DNA of 10,814 bases. Origin: Octopus sinensis (Eukaryota). A model generated the notes under the pieces. It saw nothing but the letters and a program-made list of their open reading frames with translations, made no database searches and was not told where the DNA came from. Below are positions 8,807 through 10,814 of this stretch, in pieces. The first letter of the stretch is position 1; each line of letters begins with the position of its first letter. The DNA lies in assembly GCF_006345805.1 (NCBI RefSeq), contig NW_021827193.1, positions 1-10,814 of the forward strand. The letters are read 5' to 3'. A program made the position numbers and the translations under genes.

Positions 8807-9069
8807 TTATTCATAATTGCCATGGATACTTGAGGTAGCGACTTGACAGAAATGTCGCAGCTTTCGAAGAAAATGCCTTGTTATTTCTTAATGACTTCAG
8901 AAAATAAGTACCAGTTATATAATCGGGAGGGGGAGTGATGGGAATTCATTTGGTTGCACCAGGTTGTACCAATATTTCCGGCTGATTTCACGTAAAAATT
9001 CTTTATATTTATTTTCATGTCTTGGTTTTATTTTATTTTATTTTATTTTATTTTTAATTTAGATATTCA

Positions 9070-9600
9070 CCTCTTCCTCCTCTCCCTCCTCCTCCTCGTT
9101 CTATTTCACTTAGACATCACAATCATCATCACCAGCACCAGCACCAGCACCAGCACCACCACCACCACCACCATCATCATCACTGTTATAAATACGATTC
9201 GATTACCACTACGACGATAAACCATTATCAACGCTGTCACGACGACGACGACGATCACGACGACCACCACTACTCCTCCCCACCACCATCATCAACGTCC
9301 CCACCCCCAACCCCTACTAAAAGCAGCACAACTACTGCTATAATCACAAGAACCACAATTACAACGACAACGATGATCACCATCAACATTATCATCATCG
9401 TCATCATTGCCATCATAATTGTCCCCGCTGCCACCACCACCACCACCACCACCACCAACAACAACAACACCACCACCACCACCACTACCACTACCACTAC
9501 CACTACCACAACCCCTACCACCACCACAACCCCTACCACCACCACCACCACCACCACCACCACTACCATCCTCTTCTTTTCTCTCCTCTTCATCGTCGTC
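9070..9600. repeat. Compound trinucleotide low-complexity tract (CCT, ACC, CAT, ACT, ACG, AAC)
   Basis: Direct inspection; source of the poly-T/P/V/G ORFs. Confidence 0.92.
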
Positions 9601-10147
9601 ATAAAAAATAAGACAAAATGTATCGCAGTCCTTCCTTTTCGCTTCCAACTTAATGTCAAATTTCTTCAGAATCTTAATCTTTTTCTCCCTTCAAGCTTCT
9701 TTCCTCTCTTTTTCCTTTCCTTCTTCCTTTCTTTCTTTTTTTTCATTCCCCCCCCCTTTACTCCGAAATCGTTACTGTGTGGAGGTGGCAGCGCAGTATA
9801 ACTCTGAAGGCGATTTCTCCCCCCCCCCTCATATTAGCAACGGAAATTCTCTTGTGGAAGCATTAAATAATCCCTTTTGTCTATCCATATCTCCCTCGGC
9901 TATTTTAGCCCCGAGTTTAGAAACAAAATCCATGGTTTAGGGGTCGTTAACGCCATTTGTCTCTATTATTAGACCCTCGTTGTCTTCTCGCTTCTTTGAA
10001 CGTCGACGGAGCAATGATGGCGGACAATAAACAACAACGACGCCCCAAACCAGGTTTTTTTTTGCTGGTTTGGGTTGTCGGAAAATAGTTATTTTTCGAA
10101 TTCATCTATCGTAAAATCTCGCCAAATCTGGTGGTTTGCCAAATTTG

Positions 10148-10352
10148 GTTTAGCCCCTTGTGGGTAGTAAAGAAATAGGTATTTCGTCTGTCTTTAACGA
10201 CCTGAGTTCAAATTCCACCGAGGTCGACATTGCCTTTCACCCTTTCTGGGGGTCGGTAAAATAAGTACCAGTTGATAACTGGGGTCGATGTAATCGACTG
10301 ACTGTTCCCCTCCCCCAAATTCCAAGGGACAATATAGTAGAAAAGGATCATT
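10148..10352 (+). mobile_element. Chimeric SINE: 30-bp tail of the first family fused to a headless body with a different 3' end
   Basis: 10148-10177 matches the tail (GTTTAGCCCCTTGTGGGTAGTAAAGAAATA). 10178-10299 starts at GGTATTTCGTCTG and is about 85% similar by eye to the family body. It then diverges into CCCCTCCCCC...TATAGTAGAAAAGGATCATT. Confidence 0.85.
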
Positions 10353-10509
10353 CCCACAGCTGCTGCTGACTGCTGCTACTACTACTACTACTACTTACTA
10401 CTACTACTACAGCCGTGGCTACTCCTCCACCGATCCCCCCATTCCCCCTACTACACCCTCGTCACCTAAACCGCAATTACTTCAACATCATCTAAAAGTT
10501 GTACATTCA

Positions 10510-10590
10510 CAAACCACAAATAAACCATTGGCTGATGTGAGGCGGCGTCGAGGTGTTGGGGCGTGGCGGCGAGTGGCGGGGACGGTGTGT
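10510..10590. promoter_or_regulatory. GC/CpG-rich promoter-like patch
   Basis: ATTGG (10527-10531), GGGGCGTGGC (10558-10567), TGGCGGGGA (10574-10582) and AACCACA (10512-10518) cluster in an AT-rich context. Motif presence only. Confidence 0.3.
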
Positions 10591-10689
10591 CTGTTATTGT
10601 TCGTTACATTTTGGTTAATATTTTGTTGTTGTTGTTGTTATTGTTTACGTCCCGAGCGTTTTGCGTATTTTGCTAATTGTTCTCACCCA

Positions 10690-10814
10690 CTCTCTATCTC
10701 TCTCCATCTCTCCCACCTTCTCTCTCTCTCTCTCACACTCTGTCTCTCTCACCCTCCCTCTCTCACGCTTTCTCACTCTGACTCTTTCTCCATTTCCCTT
10801 TCACTGTCTTTCCC
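10690..10814. repeat. Degenerate (CT)n polypyrimidine tract
   Basis: Direct inspection. Confidence 0.88.

Noticed and set aside
8901-8916. 16-mer AAAATAAGTACCAGTT identical to 10258-10273
   Set aside because: Probably a scrap of an old SINE, but the flanks do not align, so it is not called as an element.
9373-9801. 142-aa ORF resembling signal peptide + Thr-rich mucin + TM segment
   Set aside because: The hydrophobic leader is (ATC)n and the Thr tract is (ACC/ACT)n; other frames and the opposite strand are equally open. Low-complexity artefact.

Overview
AT-rich eukaryotic non-coding DNA (intronic or intergenic) with no intact protein-coding gene, no true tRNA/rRNA and no CRISPR array. The repeat families and microsatellite load resemble an octopus genome; this rests on recalled repeat sequences, not a search. 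Much of the window is simple repeats, which explain almost every ORF in the track. The rest holds several tRNA-derived SINEs of at least three types, a decayed 3' end of an RLE-type (Dong/R4-like) non-LTR retrotransposon ending in (TAA)8, a probable MITE and a few unique CpG-rich islands. The most interesting signals are: (i) a recurring SINE tail-to-GGTATTT junction that produces dimeric/chimeric SINEs; (ii) a 49-bp direct repeat flanking a SINE dimer; (iii) a hidden, decayed ~148-150-bp tandem array in 1-1420 that the SINEs interrupt. I see no firm evidence for a new multi-gene system.
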